A stretch of 64,000 nucleotides of DNA from Gnetum montanum (lineage: Eukaryota; Plantae; Gnetophyta): contig MNCI01000556.1 of assembly GCA_015680685.1 (NCBI GenBank), positions 310,001-374,000 of the forward strand. The letters run 5' to 3'. The notes beneath the pieces are model-generated. The model was not told the DNA's origin, searched no databases, and was given only the letters and a program-made list of their open reading frames with translations. The position numbers and the translations under genes were made by a program. This document shows positions 1-12,067 of this stretch, in pieces. Within the stretch, counting starts at the first letter, position 1. The number at the start of each line of letters is the position of its first letter.

Positions 1-1512
1 TCTACCATGACCAGCTTGTCTTTTGTGATGATGAAGTCTAACTGCATTATAGTGACATCACTGAAGATGTCAAAAAGAGTTTTCATCACTTGTCCAATGT
101 ACAGTAGTTTGTTAAGTACATCCTCATGGGACATAGAGTCATTGAAGTCCCAACTAGCATTTGGGCATCTTTGGTTCGAAGTAAGTCCACTAGGGGCACA
201 ATAGGCACATTGAAGGATTCTTTAATGTGATCTGTTATTACCTCTACTACGACTATCACATCTTGGTGCTACATGACCATGACTATGGCACCTTCTCTTG
301 TCTCTAGTAGCACTTGAAAAGATGTAGAATTTTTAGAGATTTGTTGTGACCATTGGGCTTCTCCTCCTAATTGTAAAAAAATCTACCCCCTTGATGGATC
401 GGTAGAAACAGTGAGTTGCATAACATCATTGATAACTCAGAAGAGGTTTGATTCGTTCCTACTTTCCCAACTGAGAGTTTCAGGTATTTGTTGCAAGTGG
501 CTCATTGCGGGCTAGTAATCTTGTGGCAGTGGAGGTGGAACTTCTAGCTAACATCACTGTTCAAGCTCTTACTTTGTTTCCTTCTCTGGTTCTAGCTCCT
601 TTTCTAGTTCTTGTTCTTGTTCATCACCGAGGTCTTTCCTTGGTGCTACAAGTTTAAACAACTCATCAAAGAAGCATTTTGAGCCCTCCTAGAAATGTCA
701 TTAGTGTATGTTAGGATTCCAGTGCACTAGCACAGCTTTTTGATCAGGCAAGGAAATGGAAGTGTTCGCTTCCCTACCTTCTTTTGTTCAAACCACCTTT
801 AAATTTCCATGAAGTACATTTGGGGAAGATTGGCATTATATTTTCCCACTAATACTGTACTTCCCTTGGCCACATAAGTTGATATTCGATTGAGCCCTTT
901 AGTTGGGAATAGATGGTATGTGCCTATCTTAAAATAGGTCCTCTCTTCTGGAGTCAACTTTTTGGTTTCTGCATTGGACCTTATGGACAAATGCACCAAC
1001 TTGGCCCCCACATTTGATAGATTCAAAGCCTCTATGATTGCCTTAATTGAAAAAGAGATAGAGACTCCACTAATGTTGATGGTGGTGCCTTGTTCCTTAT
1101 TATGCCAAAATTGGTACGTCTCACCAAGGTACCATTCCCCACTTTCTAAAAGGATGTGCCATAATGGTGACACCTAGAGTTGAGTTTCAACTTCCCCAAG
1201 GGAAAATGTCATAAATAAATCAAAGTTCATTTCCATGATGATCGTGGTCAACATGGATTTCTCCTGGATGGCTTTAAGGCATTCTTGGGACAATGTGAGG
1301 CATTGTCCTTGCACTGGAGCTTGTGGTTCTACAACCTCTACTTGGACTGACTACCTTGTAATAGGAGCCTCTTGATGAATACTAAATGATTGGGCCTCCT
1401 ATTCTTCATATTCAGCTGCTAGGCCTTATTCTCCTAGTCGATCTCTGCCAACTCTTGGACATTTGCTTACTCTTTGTGAAGGTCCTTCTTGTCCTCCTCT
1501 TTTTGGGGCCAT
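1..1512 (-). pseudogene. ORF3 (Athila env-like domain protein) of element D, N-terminal half, with stops
   Basis: Starts gattgtag|ATGGCCCCAAAAAGA (MAPKR...). ORF 799-1173 reads WYLGETYQFWHN...YFKIGTYHLFPTKG...NANLPQMYFMEI, near-identical to A 27548-28354. Confidence 0.85.
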
Positions 1513-2055
1513 CTACAATCATTCAAGGATTTGGTATTACTAAGGTGCTATCATTTATCATTCATAGGTTTATACCTTACTCATGACCTTCGTTCTATTA
1601 AGTTCTTTAATGCGTATGATTGCAGAGTTAGAAAAATTTCAAGAAAATTCCCAAAAAGTGTTAACTTCTTTTATGACCCTTTGTAATTGGCCTCTTTTCC
1701 CTTATGTATGGCTTATCATGATGGTTATAGTCCCTTAGGTGAGAAAATTAAACGGTTTGGCATTCATACGATTAATTGTTCATTAAAACACTTAATGATT
1801 TTAATCGATTAATATCTTCTAGGCAATAGCAAATTTTGAAAAATCGATGCAAGTTTTCTATGTAAGCACCCTCCCCCAACTAAATTGAACACTTCAGGTT
1901 CAACTAGATTCAAAAACCATGAAAATCGAAGTGGTATGAAGCAAGATATCATGTGTGAATGTTGGTTATGCAAAGCTCTAAGTTGAGAGAGAGAAATTCA
2001 AAAACTCCCCTAGCTGTAAATGATGATAATGGATTTCAAAGCACCACAAGGGTCC

Positions 2056-2130
2056 TATTTATAGTTTTTATGGACCCGATATCAGGTATCCGAGGTTGAG
2101 GCCAACCTAATATTGGGTAGTCGATTTCAA
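2056..2130 (-). promoter_or_regulatory. Putative internal promoter of D ORF3 (GATATC-type palindromes plus TATA box)
   Basis: Minus strand reads cccaatattagg...cctgatatcgggtcc...ctataaatagg, about 545 bp upstream of the ORF3 ATG; same position as in A and C. Confidence 0.55.
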
Positions 2131-3479
2131 GGTATTTGAAAATGCATTTAATGAGGGTACTCTCATCATGGAAAGTGAAGCTCTGTGTTTGGTTGGAAGT
2201 TTCATGTAAAATCCATAGTTCTAGGGTAAGTGAAAAATCATAATGAGGCACCAAAAGTGTTAGAGGATAGAGTCGCTCGCATTAAAAGCTTTAGAAGATC
2301 CAAGAAAATGGATATTAGTTCCATGGAATAGAACAGATCAATTATATGATAAGGGAAAGTATTGAATTTATCATTTATGCACTTGAAAGGTTCAAGATAA
2401 TGCGATTGCGTCAAATAAGAACAAGTCACAATAGTTATACAAGTGGATCCTCCCCAAAGTAGGCTTCACCCTTAATGCCCTTGTATAATCACACCTAAAA
2501 ATGTCTGTAGGCACAAAAGGAGTTGAATGCAACACATACCTATGAAACAAAACACGCATGTTAAAACCACCAATTTGAGAAAATAACTCTATGTTACACA
2601 AAACCACAAGTTAGGATCATACGGACAGTGAGATGAGATGAATTTGTGAAGGGATTATAGGAATTGGAACATGAGTTTCGTTACCATAGGCATAATAAAT
2701 CCATGTGTGTTATTAATGGTTAAGTAATCATTAGCCCTTCTTTCCAAGATTCAAACCAAGTCCATACCATGTTTTAGCGACATCACATTATTTCATCTCT
2801 TTGATTGAAAACCATAAGACTACCATCGTTGCAAGGAGTAGCATCACTTGGCATTTTGTCCAAGGGAGGAGTTTATTCATGGCACTTCTTTCTCTCTCTC
2901 TCTCTCTCTGTATTTTTTAAGGATTTTGAAAAGTCGTCAACCTTTAGGCATGGGTAACATGTCTTTCAACCCTAAGAAATTTATTCGATGTCCTTTTATT
3001 TTACTCTTACTTCCATTTTTCATTAAATCTACAAGGATATAATTACAACCTTAGCAACATGATAGAACATACGAAAGTGATCAAAGAGAATCCACAAATC
3101 CCCTTAATGTCACACCCTTCACATTTCCCCTTGGTTTTACACTTTTTTGTCTTGGTATAATGATTACAAATTTATTCTTAATTTGATTATGCAAAAGAAT
3201 ATCATTTTGACCATAGTAAGAACCTCTTATTAATGAAATGGATGAATGGATGATGTGGCCTCGCTATTCAAATAATCAATCCCTCATGACTTGACAACAT
3301 AGAGAAAACCTCATCTCAATGGGCTACATGATCATTTTATTCACAAGTGAACTATTGACAAAGTAAATAAATCTGGAAAAAGTTGAAAAGGATAGGAAAA
3401 CTTTGTATCAAGAAATAAGAAAAGGAAAAAATTGTAAAAGCAAAAAGATGAAAAACACCTATTAATTTTGAATGTTAGG

Positions 3480-5085
3480 TTGGGATGTCTCTCCCAAAAG
3501 TAAGCGTTTGACCATGGCAAGAATTAATAAGTAGAGAGGCAAACTACATGCATGTGTAAAGTAGTGTTAACCTTTCATTTTCGATCCACTGGGTGTCTCT
3601 TGGTTTAGTGACAACTACGTAGACAAGTTGTTTTTCACACACTTGGTTGTTAAATGTATGGTGGGTCAAAGTATGAGTTGTGCTAATGTTATGGATGTCT
3701 ATCCCATGACTACACCCTTGATCATGGTTAGGCATGCATGGATTCGTTTGTCTCTCCACAATGCTAGACTAATTACTTCTAGCAGGTGTTGGAGTAATGA
3801 TAGATGGTGGCCCTTGTGTAGGATCATAGGATGTTAGTTGTGAAAGGGAAGGTGTTACGCTTGATTGGCATTGTGTTGGTTTGGATGATGTGGTAGGCCC
3901 ATGACTATGGCACTTACACATGGGAGCCATCCTGAAGAAGGGATGTTTCTGAAATTGTGATGGGAACCTATTGGCATTATCATGGCTATGCACATTCGCA
4001 ACACAAGTGGCATTCTTTTATTAATGTTATGGTGCTAAACCTCCCTATGTTGCTGGCGATGACATGTGATGAGATGGAGTATGATAATATCAAGGATAGG
4101 ATGGAAGGTAAGAGGTGTAATGTGGTGATCCTTCAGGAAATGTCATGGGTTGTTGATACTTAGGAGAGTGATAGCAGTGATTTGAAGTAGAGAAAGTAGA
4201 ACTAGTTAGGGAAATAGGTTGTTGAACATTATATCTATATGGGTTCAATTGATAATAAGGGTAAGGCTAGTTTGGTGATGGCCTTCTCCACAACTATGGG
4301 TTTCGCCACTATGGTTTAGGGTAGTGTTGAGGCTAGTAAGAAGTCCCCCTAGGATAGTATGATTGGTTGTAGGACTGTCTATAATTACGTTGTGGAAAAT
4401 GTAAGTTTCTAAGCATGTGCTTCTAAATGAACTTGGGATTTAATGCAAAAGCCTAATGCTCATGTAGATGTGACATGACTTGATAATAATCCTTCAGATG
4501 GTCATATATGCAAATGTCACAGTCGTTATCTTTATCTATGATTGAGTCTATAGCCTCTTTTTCTTTAGCCATTTTCCCTATTTGCCAATAAGTGTTGCTA
4601 GCTATTTCTTGGTTCTTCTTCCTCTGTTTATTATGATCCCTTAATTTGTTTTGTGTTACCTTCTCCTCTACAATTTCTACGAAAGTTGTAACTTTTTCAT
4701 TTATCCACTTCGACATCCTATCAAACTTTAGTTCAAGTTCGTCGATAGACTTCTGTATCAACAAGGTTTGTTGCAAAATCACATTATCAAGAGTTGCCTC
4801 TTTCTCCTTACCATAGATGTGGACCTTCTTTTTTTGAAGATTTGGGTCCTAGTGTGATTTCTCAACATTCTCCCATTTACATATCTCTCCTTCTTCTTTT
4901 TCCACACACTCGATTAACTCTTGGATATGATGGGTTCATAGCATGTATAATTGACCTTGAGCATACATCCCAAGGATCTCCCTCATTTCATTATGAAGCC
5001 CATCTATGATGTAGAAAAGTTGCTCTTCCTTAGAGAAACCATGGCCTGGGCATCTATTCAATAGAGAATAATATCTATCTAAGGT
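3480..5085 (-). pseudogene. gag: gag remnant of element D (5' truncated), not followed by pol
   Basis: ORF 4453-4782 with zinc-knuckle remnant CDICIYDH; ORF 3544-3759 (ERQTNPCMPN...NNQVCEK) aligns with the gag tail of A (ERTPNPCIPY...YNLVCET). Confidence 0.8.
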
Positions 5086-7924
5086 CAATTATCTTGTTAC
5101 CTCGTCCATTAGTCAAGCTTGGTTAAAATCATCTCAACCTATATATATATATACACACATATAAAAGCTAGTGGAGCAATTTCATAGGCAATGAGTAGAA
5201 TTTAATTATTTTTTAAAGCAAAAATGACATTCAAAGAAGATGAAGGTACATGTTTCTTCTTCTATTTTTATATAATGTACTCAACTTTCTTTTGCTATCA
5301 ATTCAATCGAGGTAGATCAACTCCTTTTCAATATCACTTCTACATCAACATAAAATCATCAAGCATTAGATCAAACTTTGAAGGATATCTCTACTTTACT
5401 AATCCTACCCCTTAAACAAAGACCATCTTAATTATTTATCATGATTCTCATCATCTTATGGTTTCTTTAACTACTTTTTGAGAAGCCACTTCCCTTTCTC
5501 AAGATGAAGAGATTGCTATTATTCTTAATTTCAAAGTTAGCACCCGTTCATTCATATCTATTGGTGATCAACCATATATCTTTGTTGTATCACCAACACC
5601 CAAAAATATTTTTTTTAAAACATTCATTCTCATCAATAAACAATACCCACTACTTAGCAGCCAACTAATATGCATTCTCCTTTTGTAATGAACTTGCCAT
5701 CATCAATGCTACTATCACCAAATCATTTTTAGTAGCCTATTCCTCAATCTTCAAAGCTTCAAATGCAATTGATTTAACTCCATATTATTTTTCTCCTCCA
5801 TCTATTACCTAGCTTACTACCTTAACTATCACATTAGTTTGACCATCAAAGCTATTTGTTGTTAATTTTCCACGTAAGTTTTCACCCATAATAGGATATA
5901 TATCTGAATATCCATATCAAATATTTAATGAAGATTGTGTAACCTCCTATATTACTAATCATATCTTTAGCATGAATAAGTCCATCATTTCACAGGTGCC
6001 ACCTCTTCAATTCCTATAGTTTCCATCTCTCTTTCCTCTTTCTCTACATCATTCATTCATCATTTTTTTCCAATCCCTATGAGCAATTTATCCATTAATT
6101 GATTCTAAACCTAAACATCATCATCTTACTTATCTTCAAGCCATTACCAGAAAATTCATTTATCTACATCAACAATGAGCATTTAATCTATGCCTAGCTA
6201 GTGGCATTTTAGTTGAAAATGCATTGTTATCTACAATAACATCATCCATGATCATGTAACATGTGTGCTCTAAACTTGTATTTATCCACATCTATTTTTT
6301 ATCATTGGATTTTTGAATCTCTTTCCTTCCTATCTAGCTATTCATCTATTTTTCTATTCCCTTGCTACATTCTATTATATTTTTGCTATTATTTACATCT
6401 ATTTTCCTCCTATATCTCTTTCTATTCCTATTTTTCTTTATTTTTCTACTTAGTGTATTTGTGAGGTTGGAGTGAATCTCCTCTATTTTGATAAGGATGT
6501 AACTAAATGCATATTGAGTGGGATAGGGAGGGATTTCTATTATATTATTTTATTAGTTACCTATGACATCACTTTAGCCATGCTTGTATGTGGGATTTAG
6601 CCATGTCCCACTTTTGTGGTACAACACCATCCTCATTACAGGTGTATTAGTATTATCCTAGTTTCTATCATTTTTTAAAAAAAATTTATCTCTATTTGCA
6701 TCTATCTACCTATTATCTTTGTATCACACTATCTCTTAATCTATTTAAAAATCAATTATCATCATATTTGCTCTAACTCTTTTCCCATCTCCTTTATATT
6801 TTATTGCATTATTTTTTATCTCCCCCCTATTGTACTTTCCATTTATGTTTTTTTTCCAGCCTGCCGCTTTGATGGACATCACTACCAGACATGCTACCCT
6901 CTCAGATGTGCCCCACTGCTTGCCCACCACTACACATGTATGGTTGTGGTAGCTCTTCTAACCGCCATGCCTTCCACATGCTTCTTCAAGATGTCAGGAT
7001 ATAGCTTCTTGCCATCAACATGCTGATCCACCTTGCTCTATGTCATGGATGCCTATGAGCATGGGTTGAGCATCGACGTCAATGCCAACACGAATGGGAA
7101 CAAGGATGAGGATGAGGTGGGAGTATTCTAGGGGATGGTATGGGGACAATGTGGTGCTTGATGGCATGTGACGTAGTGTTCGAGTGTGAGAAAGTGTGCC
7201 CTTACTACGTCAACCACATGTGAAGCATGACATGGAGAAGGCTTCGCTATATCTTCCTAGCTGGCAAGATCTGATGTAGTGTGACATGCCCTCTACCCTC
7301 TATAGGACCACCCACAATCCATGTCCTACCATCGCTCTCAAAGCTCTAGACCACTACTTTCGCTACCCCACATCGTTGTCCAATCGCTGCTACCATTGCC
7401 AAATGCATTTCCCTTTCATACACACCTCACAACCATTGTTGCCTGCCCGTTGTTGCTATTTATTAGCAACAAAAAAAAAACACCTCCGCATTGTGCAACA
7501 CCGATATTATTCGCCTTGTTGCTATGCGTGCTTCACCTATGGCACTGTGCTGGTGAAGAGAGAAGGCATCGATATGCGTGTAGAAGTTCAGGGATGAGCA
7601 AGTGTTCGAGGTGTCGATGAAGGCTCCTAGGGACCACGCTTCATCGTCGTCGTGTCTACCTATGCAATGTTGTCATAGGCATGTTGGAGGATGTGGCATT
7701 GGCATCGTCGATCTATGGGAGCTCTTGTGGGTCCATGAGGTTGGGACACTACTACGGTTCCTCATCTAGAGCTACGTGTCAACGATGATTGGTACAAGAC
7801 ATGGCGTGACGTGTCTATGGCATGATGTAGCTATGGTGTGACATGGCATGTTGTTGCATCACATGGCAGATGCAACAAACTTCACCCCCTCCCATGCACC
7901 ATCCCGCCAAACATGTTGACCTCT

Positions 7925-8579
7925 TAGCTAAAATAATAAAGAAATTGATCATTTAATCTAATTAACAATGGAAAGTAAAGTCTAACTAGCCTACATGTGA
8001 TGAGTATCTATTCCTAACCATCCATACACACCTTGGACTTCATGTAACTAGCGTTGGGATTACCAAGTGTACATCACTACGTGTACCAAACCATACACTA
8101 CTAGGTTACCAAGTAATTACACTTAAGCACTTGCAATTAATCATACTCATTCTACTTAATGATAGGAATAATAAAGAACAATAAATGATAACACTAACTA
8201 AGGAAAACAACAAATATTTAAGTAATTAAAAGAAATAATAAATCTAAGTAGATGCTACAATGATGAAAGTAATCTCGATCTTTATTGCCAATCATGTAAC
8301 GCATTCAAGTATGTCATACTCAAATAAGGATGTTGTACAATCACTTAACATCACACTGTGGGCATGTACTACAAACTAATAGAACTTGAAATAAAAAATC
8401 TATGAATCTATTCTATCTCTCTATGCTATCTCTTACTTCCCAGCCATGCAACCCAGTGTGGTATTTATAGGTCGCACAAAAGGGGTGATATTGAATGTCC
8501 GACATCAAGGTTGTGCCCCAATATCAAATACCCAATGGCACAGCCCCGATATCATGGTCTTACAAAAAATGACTCATCA
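7925..8579 (-). repeat. Athila-family LTR, 3'-truncated (probable 5' LTR of D)
   Basis: Minus strand begins TGATGAG and has a GATATC array, ctataaatac, and the ggcaataaagatcgagattact block shared with the LTRs of A and C. Confidence 0.85.
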
Positions 8580-8739
8580 CCCAAGGAATCAATTCTCATC
8601 CCACTCAGGTGAGGTCCTAGGAGGGTTAGTGGATGAGCAAAAACCTAACCTCTTTCAAGTGGTTGCACCTAGGCTCGAACCCACATCTTATGACCTTAGA
8701 AATAAGTACCTTAGCATTACTCCAAGTGGTGGTCCTTCC
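8580..8739 (-). mobile_element. tRNA-derived SINE (degenerate), 3' end abutting the LTR
   Basis: Minus strand: A-box-like tggagtaatgctaa (8711-8724), B-box gggttcgagcct (8671-8682), then accctcctaggacctcacctgagtggga resembling the conserved 3' domain of plant SINEs. Confidence 0.6.
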
Positions 8740-9129
8740 TTAATAGGATAATCAAAACTTCCAATAAAGATAAAACTCTATATCAGCCAATTTATGATAA
8801 CTTTCAAAATTTATTTCATGGATGCATTTGATATATTAAGACTTCAAATGATTTGTTGCACGAACTCAAAGATAGAAGAAAAAAATGTATATTTATTGGT
8901 TATGACAATAAAACTAGTAGTTATAAATGTCATAATCCTAAAAAATGAATAATTTCTAGAGATGTCATATTTGATGAATATAAATTTTATTTTAATAATT
9001 TTGATGCAAAACAAAATAATAGAAAATACTCCTAAGCCTTGGATGGAGAAAGACCATCCTAGAAGTTAAATGTCAAACCAAAAATTTGAAAGAAGATTAA
9101 CAAGATCAAGTGCCATCAACCACATTGCT

Positions 9130-9480
9130 TACTTAACCCTTTTTTATGAATCAAATAATGTTCATAAAGCCTTAAAACTTGTAGAGGGAAAACAAGCCAT
9201 GAAAAAAGAATATCACACTATTATAAAGTTGAGAGGCCACAAGGTATGAAGGTAATATATGCTAAATAGATTTTTATAACCTATAAGGCTAGGTTAGTTG
9301 TAAGAGAATTCAAGTAAAAGAAATATGTAGACTATGATGAGATCTTTGCTCTTGCAGTAAAATTTGAAATTATCAAATTTATCCTAACCATTGTTGTATA
9401 TTATGACATTAAGCTTCATTAAATGGATGTAAAATAACATTTCTAAATGGCTACTTAGACAAGGAAGTCTACATTGAATA
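9130..9480 (+). pseudogene. Ty1/copia reverse transcriptase fragment
   Basis: Translates with stops and a frameshift to YKARLVVREFK*KKYVDYDEIFA...LH*MDVK..FLNGYLDKEVYIE, the Copia RT motifs KARLVA, DY.ETFA and QMDVKTAFLNG. Confidence 0.85.
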
Positions 9481-10592
9481 ATCTACATTTTATATTCATA
9501 TCAATATAACATATATCTCACATATTTTGATCATTATTGCCTAATATCTATCAGATTTTATATATTTCATAAGATTTACATCATTTTATATTTAAATTTA
9601 AGAAAAATCCAAGCTTTCATATCAAACTTATTTCATCTTCAAATCCTAAGTTCATGGTTTCATCAAAGCTCAAATCCTCTTATCTAAGATTCAATCCTTT
9701 ACACTTAAAGAAAGAATAGATCTATGTTCTTATTTTATCTATTATGAGCATCTTAACTTCAAATTCAAGGACAAATTACATCAAACTTTATTAGATCATG
9801 CATTCAAAAAATAAAATTTCCACCTATAATTGAAGATCATTGATGCACAACCTCCAACAATAGGGAAACAACATTGTTGCTTATTGCACATAGTGATTTT
9901 CAATGATACAATTCAATTTGATTTTAGCTCTATCATTATTGCCACTCATCAATCAACATGAACTAGTGTAATAAGATCTATTAAAAACTAGAGTGTAGCT
10001 TAGTAGTTATCACCTCCAACAATGTTTATTAACAAGAAGTTAAAAGGTTACTCACAAATGATCTTGAGAAATAAGTGTAAAGTTCTAAATTTTTTAAAAA
10101 AATCATAAATTTATACAAACTTTTTCAGAGTACATCAAATCAATGAAGAGAAAACTTAAGAAAAAAGCCAAAAGATTTAGAGAATGCCTTTTTAAGTTTT
10201 CATCCTTACAACCAATTCGAAAAAACTTCTTCGTTGAGGTAAGAAAAAGATTAAGCCTTGCCCTCATTTAGAAATGCCCTTACAAGTTTTCACTTCTTAT
10301 TAAAGAGTTCATTATAAAGAGAGAGAAACCTTCTTTAAAAACAAAAAACATATAAAACGTGAACTCCTAATTTCATGACAAATGATAAAAGAGCATAATT
10401 AATTTTTTCTCAATGCTCTTCTAGACATCCATGTAGAAATGTTTTTCCAAACTTGACCCTGTGGCATGTCTAAATCTCCTCATTGATATCAATGATTGCT
10501 TCTACAATTTACCTTGAAAAGCATTGCTTTTGCTCTAACATATATCACTATAGTGCTTTGACTGATATCTTTACCTACTCTTCAAATTAGTA

Positions 10593-10633
10593 TTTTGGTT
10601 TTGGTTTTGGTTGCTATTTTGTTTTGGTTTTGG
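10593..10633 (+). repeat. (TTTTGG)n microsatellite
   Basis: Direct reading of ttttggttttggttttgg...ttttggttttgg. Confidence 0.8.
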
Positions 10634-10789
10634 TAAGCATTGATTCACTGGCCTAAGAAGTTGAATAGATACATTGATCTGTAATAGCAAATTACAAAAG
10701 TATTATTATTCAAAGGCTTCATGTTCATTTTTTCAAGCGATACGGATGACTGAAAGTCTAATTTTGAAAATCTTTTCACGTGGTTGCGT

Positions 10790-10964
10790 CCAGGTGGATA
10801 TTGGGTTTTATGACTTAAGAAATAAGCACATCACTGTCAATGGCAAGTTACAGCGGATTCAAAATCTGACAGGCCCCAGGGGGAGATATTGGGTTTTATG
10901 ACTTAAGAAATAAGCACATCACTGTCAATAGCAAGTTACGGCGGATTCAAAATCTGACAGGCCC
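10790..10964. repeat. 88-bp tandem duplication (2 copies)
   Basis: gatattgggttttatgacttaagaaataagcac...ctgacaggccc at 10797 and 10885, with about 2 substitutions. Confidence 0.95.
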
Positions 10965-11348
10965 AATCCTCATCTGGCCTGGACAAGCAGATGTACAGTT
11001 AGAACAAAAGCGTAACTTGAAGAATCTTTTTCATGATATAGCAGTCGATTCAAAATCCAATAAGATGTACGATTAAATATCAAAACTTTGTAATAAAAAT
11101 TTTTTGTCCCTCACAAACTTGTAATTAAGCATTTTCATTTCCATTTCCAAATATTACTTGTTTCTGCACCCTGCAACTTTAGCTTAAACTAAAGTTTAAT
11201 TAAAAAATTCAAGAGATTTTGAAAACAACGACATATTTCTGAAATTAGGTTATATCTTCAATGATTTGTTGCGATTTAATTTCAACTTTCATCGTAGTTT
11301 TTCGCTATCTTTTCCGATCCTGTGAGTACTCACGATTCTCGATTCAGG

Positions 11349-11404
11349 GTTCCGAACCGATAATCGAGAGTTCCGAACCGGTAATCGAGAGTTCCGAACC
11401 GATA
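11349..11404. repeat. 21-bp tandem repeat (~2.7 copies) gttccgaaccgrtaatcgaga
   Basis: Units start at 11349, 11370 and 11391. Confidence 0.9.
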
Positions 11405-11776
11405 TTTCAATCTATGTTGGCCAGTATACAAGGAAAAAATAACCGATCTCATTCACCGAAACCGTGAAAAATATTGGCATTTTTTAAATTTTATTGGAAG
11501 CTGAAAAGATCGTTGCCCTATGTTATCATTCATTGACAGTTAGCAGATTTAAAATACAACGGATTTGATGGAGTGTGAAAAATATTAAAACCCTACAGAA
11601 TTCAGAGATACACAAAACCTTAGCAAAAATGTTATTAAAAATCCTCTCCATTTTAGTGGACAAGAGAGCGCAGTCGATATCGAACATGAAAATAAACACG
11701 ATACTTGAGATTGCGATATATTAAGGCAGTTGCAGCCAAACACATACAGCAAAGCTTGAAAAAATAAGCGTGAATA

Positions 11777-12067
11777 AGAAAGCATTCACTTACTCTGGAT
11801 CCAAGATTTGGGGAGCCATTCCGGGGTTGGAGTAGGTAACCTTTGCGACTTCTGCATTGCACAGCGCATCGTGCTCGATTGTGACGGAACGCGTTCCCTA
11901 TTCTTCTTTGATCAAAACTGAGAAAGCATTCACTTACTCTGGATCCAAGATTTGGGGAGCCATTCCGGGGTTGGAGTAGGTAACCGCTGCGACTTCTGCA
12001 TTGCACAGCGCATCGTGCTCGATTGTGACGGAACGCGTTCGCTATTCTGCTTTGATCAAAACTGAGA
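11777..12067. repeat. 144-bp tandem duplication (2 copies) containing a minus-strand GTAAGT donor
   Basis: Copies start at 11777 and 11921 with 4 substitutions; acttac at 11788-11793 and 11932-11937. Confidence 0.95.

Larger units (their letters stand above)
1..8579 (-). mobile_element. Element D: decayed pol-less Athila-like Ty3/gypsy LTR retrotransposon (probable 5' LTR, gag, long spacer, ORF3). Runs off the window start; interrupted by unrelated sequence at ~5086-7924
   Basis: Minus-strand gag motifs (LDRYYSLLNRCPGHGFS; CDICIYDH), ORF3 homologous to elements A and C, and spacer blocks shared with A and C. LTR-family sequence at 7925-8579 is in the right orientation. Linking that LTR to this internal part is inferred from orientation and a shared GATATCGGG motif. 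Confidence 0.75.

Noticed and set aside
6860-7900. GC-richer segment with ORFs 7286-7597 and 7321-7620 as a host gene
   Set aside because: No recognisable motifs, overlapping low-complexity ORFs, no consistent splice structure; left unassigned
8580-8605. PPT block in front of the 7925-8579 LTR
   Set aside because: The ggatgag...ttggg similarity is better explained as the 3' part of the adjacent SINE
11349-11404. Short palindromic repeats as a CRISPR array
   Set aside because: Head-to-tail 21-bp units with no unique spacers, no cas genes, eukaryotic TE context
11653-12006. 117-aa minus-strand ORF as a real protein
   Set aside because: Its length comes from the 144-bp duplication, and the copy differences are non-synonymous in this frame
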